A stretch of DNA of 64,000 nt from Alphaproteobacteria bacterium. GTDB lineage: Bacteria; Pseudomonadota; Alphaproteobacteria; SP197. Positions 55,792-64,000 of this stretch are shown one piece after another. The position numbers and the translations under genes are program-made. Numbering within the stretch: position 1 is the first letter of the stretch; each line of letters opens with the position of its first letter. Location of the stretch: NCBI GenBank assembly GCA_965228895.1, contig OZ245842.1:2191072-2255071 (forward strand), written 5' to 3'. Under the pieces are notes generated by a model that did no database searches, had not been told where the DNA came from, and was given only the letters and a program-made list of their open reading frames with translations.

Positions 55792-57069
55792 ATGACCATC
55801 AACATCACCATGCCCCAGTTGTCGCCGACCATGACCGACGGCACGCTCTCCAAGTGGCTCGTGAAGGAAGGCGATAGCGTCACATCCGGCGACGTGCTGG
55901 CGGAGATCGAAACCGACAAGGCGACGATGGAGGTCGAATCCATCGACGAAGGCACGGTCGGCAAGATCCTGGTTGCCGAAGGCACCGACAATGTGCCGGT
56001 CAACAACGTCATCGCGGTGTTGCTGGAAGAGGGCGAGGACGCCTCGGCGCTCGACGGTGTCGATACGGCAGCCGCCGCGCCGGCAGCGGTGCCGGCGGCT
56101 GAACCGGAAGCCGCGCCAGCCGAACCCAGCCAAGCCGAGGAGCCGGCCGCCGCTGCGCCTCAACCGATGGCGGCACCTGCGTCGGAAGATGGCGATCGGG
56201 TCAAGGCAAGTCCGTTGGCGCGCAGCATGGCCAAGCAGGCTGGTGTTGATCTGAGCCAGGTTACTGGCAGCGGCCCGCACGGCCGCATCGTCAAGCGCGA
56301 TATCGAGGCCGCCTCCGCCGGCGGTGTCGCGGCCGCTGCGGCACCGGCCGCCGCGCCGATGGCAGCACCGATCATGGCGCCGGGTGCGGCTTATGAGGAC
56401 GTCAAGCTCTCCAACATGCGCCGCGTCATTGCCGAGCGCCTCCAGGAAGCCAAACAGACGATCCCGCATTTCTATCTGACGGTCGATTGTGAGCTCGACC
56501 GTCTGCTGGAACTGCGCAAGGAGCTGAACAGTCGCTCCGACGACTACAAGCTCAGCGTCAACGACTTCGTCATCAAGGCGCTCGCTGTCGCGCTGCGCAA
56601 GGTGCCCGACGCCAACGCGGCGTGGGGCGGCGATGTGCTGCGCCGGTTCACCACCGTCGACGTTTCGGTTGCCGTGGCGATCGACGGCGGCCTGATCACG
56701 CCGATCATCCGTAACGCCGACGCGAAAGGGCTGGTCGATATCTCCGAGGAGATGAAGGAACTGGCCGGGCGGGCGCGCGAAGGCAAGCTGATGCCCGAGG
56801 AGTACCAGGGCGGTACCTTCAGCCTGTCCAATCTCGGCATGTACGGCATCAAGCAGTTCGATGCGGTGATCAACCCGCCGCAGGCCGGCATCATCGCGGT
56901 CGGCGCGGGCGAGCAACGGCCGGTCGTGAAAGACGGCGCGCTCAGCGTCGCGACCGTCATGAGCTGCACGCTGAGCTGCGATCACCGCGTCATCGACGGC
57001 GCGATCGGCGCGCGCTTGCTGACCGCGTTCAAGGGGTTGATCGAAGAACCGCTGACCATGCTTCTCTAA
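55792..57069 (+). CDS. pdhC: Dihydrolipoamide acetyltransferase (E2) of pyruvate dehydrogenase
   Basis: 425 aa from MTINITMPQLSPTMTDG (lipoyl domain, ETDKA), E3-binding domain, catalytic DHRVIDG. Track ORF 55558 trimmed. Confidence 0.9.
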   Translation: MTINITMPQLSPTMTDGTLSKWLVKEGDSVTSGDVLAEIETDKATMEVESIDEGTVGKILVAEGTDNVPVNNVIAVLLEEGEDASALDGVDTAAAAPAAVPAAEPEAAPAEPSQAEEPAAAAPQPMAAPASEDGDRVKASPLARSMAKQAGVDLSQVTGSGPHGRIVKRDIEAASAGGVAAAAAPAAAPMAAPIMAPGAAYEDVKLSNMRRVIAERLQEAKQTIPHFYLTVDCELDRLLELRKELNSRSDDYKLSVNDFVIKALAVALRKVPDANAAWGGDVLRRFTTVDVSVAVAIDGGLITPIIRNADAKGLVDISEEMKELAGRAREGKLMPEEYQGGTFSLSNLGMYGIKQFDAVINPPQAGIIAVGAGEQRPVVKDGALSVATVMSCTLSCDHRVIDGAIGARLLTAFKGLIEEPLTMLL

Positions 57070-57080
57070 AGGAGAAACCG

Positions 57081-58484
57081 ATGGCCGATACCTCGTTCGA
57101 TCTTGTCGTCGTCGGCGGCGGCCCTGGCGGCTATGTCGCCGCCATCCGCGCAGCTCAGCTCGGCATGAAGGTGGCGTGCGTGGAACGCGAGCATCTCGGC
57201 GGGATCTGCCTCAACTGGGGCTGCATTCCGACCAAGGCGTTGCTGCGCTCATCCGAGATTTTCCATCACCTGAACAATGCCGGCGATTTCGGTCTGACGG
57301 TCGGTGATGTCGGTTACGACGCCGGCAAGATCGTCGAGCGCAGCCGTCAGGTTGCCGGGCGTCTCTCCAAGGGCGTTGGCTTCCTTCTAAAGAAGAATAA
57401 GGTCACGGTCTTCGACGGCGAGGGCAAACTGGCCGGCAAGGGCAAACTGGCGGTCACCAAGGACGGCAAGGATGTCGCGACACTCGACGCCAAGAACATC
57501 ATCCTGGCGACCGGCGCGCGCGCGCGTGACCTGCCGGACATCAAGGCCGACGGCAAGCTGATCTGGTCTTACAAGGAAGCCATGGTGCCCGACGCCATGC
57601 CAAAATCGGTGCTGGTGATCGGCTCCGGCGCGATCGGCATCGAGTTCGCGAGTTTCTACCATGACATGGGCGCCGAGGTGACCGTGGTCGAGGTTGTCGA
57701 CCGCATCCTGCCGGCTGAGGACGAGGAGATTTCCGATCTCGCGCTGAAGGCCTTCCAGAAACAGGGGTTGACCATCCATACCGGCACCAAGGTCAAGGCC
57801 GCCAAGCCCGCCCAGAAATCCGTCGCCGTGACGTTCGAGACCAAGGACGGCAAGGAGCAAAAGCTCACCGTTGACCGTGTCGTGCTCGCCGTCGGCATCA
57901 CCGGCAATGTCGAGGATATCGGTCTTGAAGGCACCAAGGTCGAGGTCGACCGCGGCCACATCGTCGTCGATGAGTGGCTGGCAACGGGCGAGCCCGGCGT
58001 CTACGCCATCGGCGACGTGGTCGGGCCGCCCTGGCTGGCGCACAAGGCGAGCCATGAGGGCGTCATCTGCGTCGAGAAGATCGCCGGCGTCGAGCACGTC
58101 CAGCCGATGATCAAGACCAACATCCCCGGCTGCACCTATTGCCGGCCCCAGGTCGCCAGTGTCGGCCTGACGGAAGCCGTGGCCAAGGAGCAGGGCCACA
58201 AACTGAAGGTCGGCCGCTTCCCGTTCATCGGTAACGGCAAGGCGATCGCGCTCGGTGACGACCAGGGTCTGGTCAAGACGATCTTCGATGCCGACACCGG
58301 CGAATTGCTGGGTGCCCATATGATCGGCGCCGAGGTGACCGAGCTGATCCAGGGGTTCTGCATCGCCAAAACGCTCGAAACGACCGAGGTGGAGCTGATG
58401 GAGACCATTTTCCCCCATCCCACGCTCTCGGAGATGATGCATGAGTCGGTCCTTGCGGCCTATGACCGGGTCATCCACATATAG
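57081..58484 (+). CDS. lpdA: Dihydrolipoyl dehydrogenase (E3)
   Basis: 467 aa with GGGPGGYVAA FAD motif and redox-active GGICLNWGCIPTK. Confidence 0.9.
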   Translation: MADTSFDLVVVGGGPGGYVAAIRAAQLGMKVACVEREHLGGICLNWGCIPTKALLRSSEIFHHLNNAGDFGLTVGDVGYDAGKIVERSRQVAGRLSKGVGFLLKKNKVTVFDGEGKLAGKGKLAVTKDGKDVATLDAKNIILATGARARDLPDIKADGKLIWSYKEAMVPDAMPKSVLVIGSGAIGIEFASFYHDMGAEVTVVEVVDRILPAEDEEISDLALKAFQKQGLTIHTGTKVKAAKPAQKSVAVTFETKDGKEQKLTVDRVVLAVGITGNVEDIGLEGTKVEVDRGHIVVDEWLATGEPGVYAIGDVVGPPWLAHKASHEGVICVEKIAGVEHVQPMIKTNIPGCTYCRPQVASVGLTEAVAKEQGHKLKVGRFPFIGNGKAIALGDDQGLVKTIFDADTGELLGAHMIGAEVTELIQGFCIAKTLETTEVELMETIFPHPTLSEMMHESVLAAYDRVIHI

Positions 58485-58523
58485 GCCCAGAGATTGCGTG
58501 CTCCGTAGAGAGGGAGCCGAACC

Positions 58524-59489
58524 ATGACCAAGATCGACCTTGTCGACCGCCCGGCGGAGGAAACGCCGCGTCCGCGTCATCCGGAAAAGGCCTGGAAACC
58601 GGCCAACCCGGTGCCGCGCAAGCCGTCATGGATCCGGGTCAAGGCACCGACGTCGCCGGCCTTTAACGAGACCCGCAAGCTTATCCGCGAGAACGGCCTG
58701 ACGACCGTGTGCGAGGAGGCGGCCTGCCCGAACATCGGCGAATGTTGGGCTAACCAGCATGCGACCGTGATGATCCTGGGCGACACCTGCACGCGCGCCT
58801 GCGCCTTCTGTAACGTCACCACCGGCAAACCCTCGGCTGTCGACCAGGAAGAGCCGGCCAAGCTTGCCCGGGCGGTACAAGGGCTGGGTCTCAAACACGT
58901 CGTCATCACCTCGGTCGACCGTGACGACCTGGCTGATGGCGGCGCCGACCAGTTTGTCCGTTGCATCCAGGCACTGCGGGAGGCGACGCCCGAGACGACG
59001 ATTGAAATCCTGACGCCGGATTTCCTCCGCAAGGAAGGCGCGATCGAGGCGGTCGTGGCGGCACGCCCCGATGTCTACAACCACAATCTGGAGACGGTGC
59101 CGCGTCTCTATCACGACGTCAGACCGGGCTCGCGCTACTTCACCTCGCTCAACCTGCTGTGGCGAGTCAAGCAGAGTGACCCCACGATCTTCACCAAATC
59201 GGGCCTGATGGTGGGACTGGGCGAAAGCAAGGACGAGGTGCAGCAAGTCATGGACGATCTGCGCGAGGCCGATGTCGACTTCCTGACCATCGGCCAATAT
59301 CTGCAACCGACGCCGCATCATCACGCGATCGATCGCTTCTGGACGCCCGAGGAATTTGCCGAGCTTGAGAAGATCGCCTATGCAAAAGGCTTCCTCATGG
59401 TGTCGGCAAGCCCGTTGACCCGCTCGTCCTATCATGCCGATGCTGACTTCGCGCAAATGCGCGACAATCGGATGAAAGCGCACGCCTGA
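58524..59489 (+). CDS. lipA: Lipoyl synthase
   Basis: 321 aa with [12 protein letters not shown] and radical-SAM CTRACAFC clusters. Confidence 0.95.
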   Translation: MTKIDLVDRPAEETPRPRHPEKAWKPANPVPRKPSWIRVKAPTSPAFNETRKLIRENGLTTVCEEAACPNIGECWANQHATVMILGDTCTRACAFCNVTTGKPSAVDQEEPAKLARAVQGLGLKHVVITSVDRDDLADGGADQFVRCIQALREATPETTIEILTPDFLRKEGAIEAVVAARPDVYNHNLETVPRLYHDVRPGSRYFTSLNLLWRVKQSDPTIFTKSGLMVGLGESKDEVQQVMDDLREADVDFLTIGQYLQPTPHHHAIDRFWTPEEFAELEKIAYAKGFLMVSASPLTRSSYHADADFAQMRDNRMKAHA

Positions 59490-59974
59490 TGCCGACGCAT
59501 GCCGAACAGCGGCCGCTGCCTTACACGCCCGAGCAAATGTTCGAACTGGTTGGTGCCGTCGAGCGCTATCCGGAGTTCTTGCCCTGGTGCACGGCAACCC
59601 GCATCAAGCGGCGCGAAGAGAACATCTTGTGGGCCGATCTCGCGGTCGGCTTCAAGGTGTTCCGCGAGACCTTCACGTCGAAGGTGACCTTGGAGCGTCC
59701 GGATAGCATCCATGTCGAATACCTCGATGGACCATTTCGATATCTGAACAACCACTGGAAGTTTCTGCGCCAACCCGACGGATCGACCGTTGTCGACTTC
59801 TATGTCGACTTTGAATTCCGTTCGCGGATCCTGCGAAAAGCGATCGGGGTTTTGTTCGAGGAGGCGGTCAGGCGTATGGTCGCGGCCTTCGAGAACCGTG
59901 CGGAGCAGCTTTACGGCACCGATACCGCGGCAAACCAGGCCGTCGCCGAAACGCTGCAATCCAGTTCAAGTTGA
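59489..59974 (+). CDS. SRPBCC/START-fold protein (RatA / Coq10-like, annotated as type II TA RatA family)
   Basis: 161 aa with polyketide-cyclase/START pattern. ATG overlaps the lipA stop by 1 nt. Conserved after lipA in alphaproteobacteria. Confidence 0.75.
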   Translation: MPTHAEQRPLPYTPEQMFELVGAVERYPEFLPWCTATRIKRREENILWADLAVGFKVFRETFTSKVTLERPDSIHVEYLDGPFRYLNNHWKFLRQPDGSTVVDFYVDFEFRSRILRKAIGVLFEEAVRRMVAAFENRAEQLYGTDTAANQAVAETLQSSSS

Positions 59975-60579
59975 TCATGGGGTCGTCGATGCCGAAACGA
60001 ACCGTTGATGTGCCCGCCTATGCGGGCGCATGGATCAATGTCGCGGAAGGCGAGGTCGTTCGCCTGATCGATATCGAAGGATGCCAGATCGGCGATCTCT
60101 TCGCCGTCGCGACCGCTGATCACAACGAGTTTTTGAGTCCCTCAGTCACGCGCCTTAACAACGGCAACATCTTTCCCCGGCTCGGAGAGTCGTTCTTTTC
60201 ATCCGCCGACCGGCCGATCCTGACATTTCTGGAGGATACGTCGCCCGGTCAGCACGACATGCTCTACGCGTCTTGTAATGACGCGTGGTACCGAAGCCGG
60301 GGCATGCCGGACCATAGGAACTGCCGCGACAACTATTTCGCCGCGGCGCGCGATGCCGGCATCAACCACGCGATCCAACCCGATCCCGTCAACATCTTCC
60401 AGAACACGCCGCCGAAACCGGACGGTTCGTTCTTTGTCGGCGTAACGCTGAGCGGGCCCGGCGACCATGTAACACTGCGGGCCGAACTCGACTGCATTGT
60501 CATTGTCACGGCCTGCTCGTCGGACCGGATCCTCGGCGGCAAATCGACGCCGATGCGCCTTGAGGTCTACGACAGTTAG
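59971..60579 (+). CDS. DUF1989 (urea carboxylase-associated family) protein
   Basis: 202 aa, pattern consistent with DUF1989. Overlaps the ratA-like stop by 4 nt (ATGA). Confidence 0.6.
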   Translation: MIMGSSMPKRTVDVPAYAGAWINVAEGEVVRLIDIEGCQIGDLFAVATADHNEFLSPSVTRLNNGNIFPRLGESFFSSADRPILTFLEDTSPGQHDMLYASCNDAWYRSRGMPDHRNCRDNYFAAARDAGINHAIQPDPVNIFQNTPPKPDGSFFVGVTLSGPGDHVTLRAELDCIVIVTACSSDRILGGKSTPMRLEVYDS

Positions 60580-61064
60580 GTATCGGTTGTGTCGAGCGCC
60601 AGCTTGAGCGCCTCGATAACAGAGCGCCGCCGAACCTCCGTGCGGCCGATGTCACCGAAATGATGAACCCTGTGTGTCACACCGCCGTCCCGCGCGGCAG
60701 CCATGTGCACCAAGCCGGCGGGTTTGGTCTGGCTGTCGCTACCCGGTCCAGCGACGCCGGTGACGGCGAGGCCAAGGTGTTCGGGCGAGAGCAGGGCGCC
60801 CTCGGCCATCGCCCGCGCGACCGGTTCGCTGACCGCGCCGTGCTCCGTGATCATCGTTTGGGGCACACCGAGCAGCGCCGTCTTGGCAGCGTAGGAATAG
60901 GTCACGAAGCCTCGGTCGACGACGTCGGACGACCCGGCAATGGCGGTCAGCGCACCGGCGACAAGACCACCGGTACACGATTCCGCGGTTACGATCATCA
61001 AACCGCGTTCCCGGCAGCGCTCCAGCGTCTGGCGCGCGAGATCCAGAATCTCCTGATCAAACAT
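60576..61064 (-). CDS. CinA C-terminal domain protein (NMN amidohydrolase PncC-like)
   Basis: 162 aa with ESCTGG and VTGVAGPG motifs. Confidence 0.8.
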   Translation of the reverse strand: MFDQEILDLARQTLERCRERGLMIVTAESCTGGLVAGALTAIAGSSDVVDRGFVTYSYAAKTALLGVPQTMITEHGAVSEPVARAMAEGALLSPEHLGLAVTGVAGPGSDSQTKPAGLVHMAAARDGGVTHRVHHFGDIGRTEVRRRSVIEALKLALDTTDT

Positions 61065-61581
61065 AGGTCCGCATTAAGTATGCCACGATCCAGACCGAAA
61101 CGGCTGCGAACAGACCAGCCAAGATATCGTCAGCCATAACGCCCCAGGCGCCCGGCGTCCGCCGTTCGACCCAGCTAATCGGCCATGGCTTGAAGATGTC
61201 GAACACACGGAAGAAGGCAAAGCCAAGGACAAACAGAAAAGGGCTGACCGCTGCTGTCGTCAGGGCCAAGAGCTGGCCCGCGACCTCATCAATGACGATG
61301 GACGGCTGGTCGTCGGTTTCCGCATCGTCCGACATCTGTTTGATCATGCGATGGCTGGCCCAAAGCCCGGCGACAAACGCCACCACCGCACCGGCAAAGA
61401 CCAGGTAAGTGCCGCCGACAACGGCGAGCACGAACCCGATCGGCACCGCCGCCATCGAACCCCATGTTCCCGGCGCCGGCCGGATCAGTCCGACATGAAA
61501 CCATGTCGCGATATGCGTCGACAGCGCATTGCGATCGACACCGGCGGGCAGCGTGGCGCGGCGCTTCGGCTTTTCGGTCAT
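61057..61581 (-). CDS. pgpA: Phosphatidylglycerophosphatase A
   Basis: 174 aa from Met MTEKPKRR with PgpA membrane motif GTWGS...DE. Track ORF 61857 trimmed. Start CAT confirmed at 61579-61581. Confidence 0.8.
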   Translation of the reverse strand: MTEKPKRRATLPAGVDRNALSTHIATWFHVGLIRPAPGTWGSMAAVPIGFVLAVVGGTYLVFAGAVVAFVAGLWASHRMIKQMSDDAETDDQPSIVIDEVAGQLLALTTAAVSPFLFVLGFAFFRVFDIFKPWPISWVERRTPGAWGVMADDILAGLFAAVSVWIVAYLMRTYV

Positions 61582-62729
61582 GGCGCCGGCATGTCCAGCG
61601 TAACGACGGCGTTGCCGGCGATGCCTTCGCCGCGCCCGGCAAAGCCAAGCCCGTCTGTTGAGGTCACCTTCACGTTGATGCGTGCCGGCGCGGATTCCAA
61701 CAGGCTGGCGACCCGGTCGCGCATGGCCGGCTGATGGCGTGCCAGACGTGGCCGTTCGCAGATTAAGGTGATGTCGACGTTGATCAGGCGAGCGTTGCGC
61801 TCCTTCATCATCGCAACCGCGACGGCTACCAGATCGCTCGACGGACGGCCATGCCATGTGGTGTCACTCGGCGGAAAGTGCGTGCCGAGATCGCCGGTGC
61901 CGAGCGCGCCGAAGATCGCATCGACAAGCACATGCAGGCCGACATCGGCGTCCGTGTTGCCGGCGAGCCCGCGGTCGTGGGGCACCTCGATGCCGCATAG
62001 CGTGACATGGTCGCCGTCCGTGAAGGCATGAACATCAAAACCTTGGCCGGTTCTCGTTTCGCGTCGCCCAAGTGCCGCGCGGGCGCGTTCAAGGTCGCTC
62101 GGCGTAGTGATTTTTGCGTTTTCTACAGCGCCCTCGACCATGCGTACGGTCATGCCGGCGGCCTCGGCAACCGCCGCATCGTCGGTCAGTGCTTTTCCTT
62201 GCGCTTGGCGGTGCGCCTGCAGGATGGCGTCGAAATGGAATCCCTGTGGCGTCTGGGCAGCCCAAAGCCCGTCTCGCGGTTCTGTCGTGACGACAAGACC
62301 GCCTTCACACCGTTTCAGCGTGTCGGACACCGCGAGGCCGGGCAGGACGGCTTGATCGCTTGCAAGGCGATCGACAACCCGCTGAATCAGGTCTCCCGGC
62401 ACAAACGGGCGGGCGGCGTCATGAATCAGGACGTTATCGGGTGCGTCATCGACAAGCGCTTCAAGGCCGGCCGCGACGGATGCTTGGCGGCTATCACCCC
62501 CGTGGATGGGTGGCGCAAGGTCGAAACCCTTGATCGCATCGTCGTAGTGGCTGCGCCGGTCGGGATCGATCACGATGCGAACGCCGTCGATCGCGGGATG
62601 CTGGTGGAAGGCGCCCAGCGTCCAGGCGAGAAGCGGCCGGCCGGCGACGTCGGCGTACTGTTTCGGCAAATCGGATCCCACCCGTTCGCCACGGCCGGCG
62701 GCGACGATCAGGGCAACGGTAGACGGCAT
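61578..62729 (-). CDS. ispDF: Bifunctional 2-C-methyl-D-erythritol 4-phosphate cytidylyltransferase / 2,4-cyclodiphosphate synthase
   Basis: 383 aa. N-terminal IspD (VALIVAAGRGERVG), C-terminal IspF (FDVHAF...GHSDADV-like). A fusion typical of alphaproteobacteria. Confidence 0.9.
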   Translation of the reverse strand: MPSTVALIVAAGRGERVGSDLPKQYADVAGRPLLAWTLGAFHQHPAIDGVRIVIDPDRRSHYDDAIKGFDLAPPIHGGDSRQASVAAGLEALVDDAPDNVLIHDAARPFVPGDLIQRVVDRLASDQAVLPGLAVSDTLKRCEGGLVVTTEPRDGLWAAQTPQGFHFDAILQAHRQAQGKALTDDAAVAEAAGMTVRMVEGAVENAKITTPSDLERARAALGRRETRTGQGFDVHAFTDGDHVTLCGIEVPHDRGLAGNTDADVGLHVLVDAIFGALGTGDLGTHFPPSDTTWHGRPSSDLVAVAVAMMKERNARLINVDITLICERPRLARHQPAMRDRVASLLESAPARINVKVTSTDGLGFAGRGEGIAGNAVVTLDMPAP

Positions 62730-62859
62730 GGCGGCGCTATGGCGATTGATGAACGGAGCCCGGAGACTTTAGGCCAAGGTCCAGATGGCGTCGATGGAAA
62801 CGCATCCACGGAACGGCTAAGCGGTTCACCCCCGCCACGATCCGCTCTAGGTTGCCGCC

Positions 62860-63660
62860 ATGACAACGTTCACCGTCTATAACCTCGTGGCGCTGGCGTC
62901 GCTGCTGTCGGCCGCGTTGGTGCCATGGCGCCGCAGCGCCGGGCCGGATATCTGCTTTTGGTCGGCGCTTGGCCTGGCCTTGCTGGTCTGTGCGGCCTGG
63001 GCCGTCTTCCAGGTCGAACCGGCCTGGAGCGCGGGGTTTGCCACGGCGCTGTGGCTGACCATCGCGGCGACGTTGTTTGCGTTCGTGATCCTGGTTCTGC
63101 TGGTCCATGAAGCCTGGCGTCTGGCGCCGCTCCTGATGCCCTATCTCTTGCTGTTGGGGCTGTTGGCGACCTTGTGGAGCCAGACGGCTTCCGCCTCAGT
63201 GCCATCGGAGACGCCATTTGGCTGGTTTGCCGTCCATGTCGCGGTTTCGCTGGCGACCTATGTGTTGGTGACCTTGGCGGCAGTCGCAGGCGCGGCGGTT
63301 CTGGTCCAGGAACGGGCGCTCAAACGCCGGGCGCCCGGCCGTGTCAGCCGCAGTTTGCCGTCGATTGCCGATGCCGAACGCCTGGAGCATCGTCTGCTGG
63401 TCGCCGCAGAGATCATTTTGGGCCTGGGGATCGTGACGGGCATGGCCGCCCAGTTCGCCGCCGATGGCAGCCTGATCAATATCGACCACAAGACCACCTT
63501 TGCGCTTGCCGCCTTTGTGGTGTTGGGCGGTCTTTTGATCGCCCAGCGGCTTTGGGGGCTCAGAGGACGCCGGGCGGCGCGGTACGTGCTGGTCGTCTAT
63601 CTGCTGCTCACTTTGGCCTATCCGGGCGTGAAGTTTGTGACCGACGTCGTCATGGCCTAG
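62860..63660 (+). CDS. Polytopic inner-membrane protein (8 predicted TM), possibly cytochrome c assembly family (YpjD/CcsA-like)
   Basis: 266 aa hydrophobic with eight TM-length segments. Family assignment is tentative, based on size/topology only. Confidence 0.45.
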   Translation: MTTFTVYNLVALASLLSAALVPWRRSAGPDICFWSALGLALLVCAAWAVFQVEPAWSAGFATALWLTIAATLFAFVILVLLVHEAWRLAPLLMPYLLLLGLLATLWSQTASASVPSETPFGWFAVHVAVSLATYVLVTLAAVAGAAVLVQERALKRRAPGRVSRSLPSIADAERLEHRLLVAAEIILGLGIVTGMAAQFAADGSLINIDHKTTFALAAFVVLGGLLIAQRLWGLRGRRAARYVLVVYLLLTLAYPGVKFVTDVVMA

Positions 63661-63766
63661 CGGTCGCCCGTGTCCGGCCCGGGCACGGTGTAGGACATTT
63701 GCCATACCGCTGGTCGACCGCTATAACCTGCCCAAGTTTTAGGCAGGCAACCGTCTTGCACGAAAA

Positions 63767-64000
63767 ATGAGCATTCGCATTGGTTCGTTGACGCTGGATA
63801 ACCCGGTCCTGCTGGCACCCATGTCAGGGATCACGGACAAGCCGTTTCGCCGCCTGGCCCGTCGTTTGGGTGCCGGTTTGGTGGTATCGGAAATGGTCGT
63901 GAGCCATGAGCTGATTAGCGGCTCGCGGGAAGGTCTGCGGCGCATCGATCACGATGGCGAGGCCGAAGCGCCGGTCGTCATCCAGCTTGCGGGCAACGAC
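63767..64000 (+). CDS. dusB: tRNA-dihydrouridine synthase B, 5' portion (continues past window)
   Basis: MSIRIGSLTLDNPVLLAPMSGITDKPFRRLARRLGAGLVVSEMV is the canonical Dus N-terminus. No stop before the window end. Confidence 0.85.
   Translation, partial: MSIRIGSLTLDNPVLLAPMSGITDKPFRRLARRLGAGLVVSEMVVSHELISGSREGLRRIDHDGEAEAPVVIQLAGND

Overview
This 64 kb window is a high-GC (~65%) alphaproteobacterial chromosomal segment that is almost gap-free with conserved housekeeping genes. The gene order matches well-known alphaproteobacterial core synteny. In order, the window holds: nuoI (3' end), nuoJ, nuoK, nuoL, nuoM, nuoN; birA, coaX, RNase J, methylmalonyl-CoA epimerase, a DUF1467 protein, tag; proS, lolE, lolD; dnaE; rpsB, tsf, pyrH, frr, uppS, cdsA, dxr, rseP, bamA, skp, lpxD, fabZ, lpxA, lpxI, lpxB; then on the minus strand gloA, gltA, gltX; comEC on plus; then on minus lexA, moeA, moaC, trpC, trpD, trpG; a YibQ-like polysaccharide deacetylase on plus; trpE and a PpiD-like PPIase on minus; tpiA, secG, pyrG, kdsA, eno, ftsB, pdhA, pdhB, pdhC, lpdA, lipA, a RatA-like protein, a DUF1989 protein on plus; cinA, pgpA, ispDF on minus; an 8-TM membrane protein on plus; and the 5' end of dusB. 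I found no rRNA, tRNA, CRISPR array, transposase, integrase or other mobile-element signature, and no AT-rich island. Despite the prompt, I see no convincing multi-gene novel system here. The observations worth a second look are small-scale. They are: a tandem pair of alpha-type SOS boxes on the lexA promoter; a candidate 63-codon tail-anchored small-protein ORF that exactly fills the gltA-gloA spacer; a perfect 8-2-8 palindrome in the divergent trpG / yibQ-like promoter region; tight translational coupling of lipA, ratA-like and DUF1989; an unusual split layout of the trp genes; and a few orphan hairpins. Coordinates come from the supplied ORF track, trimmed to internal start codons where homology to the conserved N-terminus indicates it. 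My manual base counting around lexA disagreed with the track by 1 nt, so treat fine coordinates there as +/-1.
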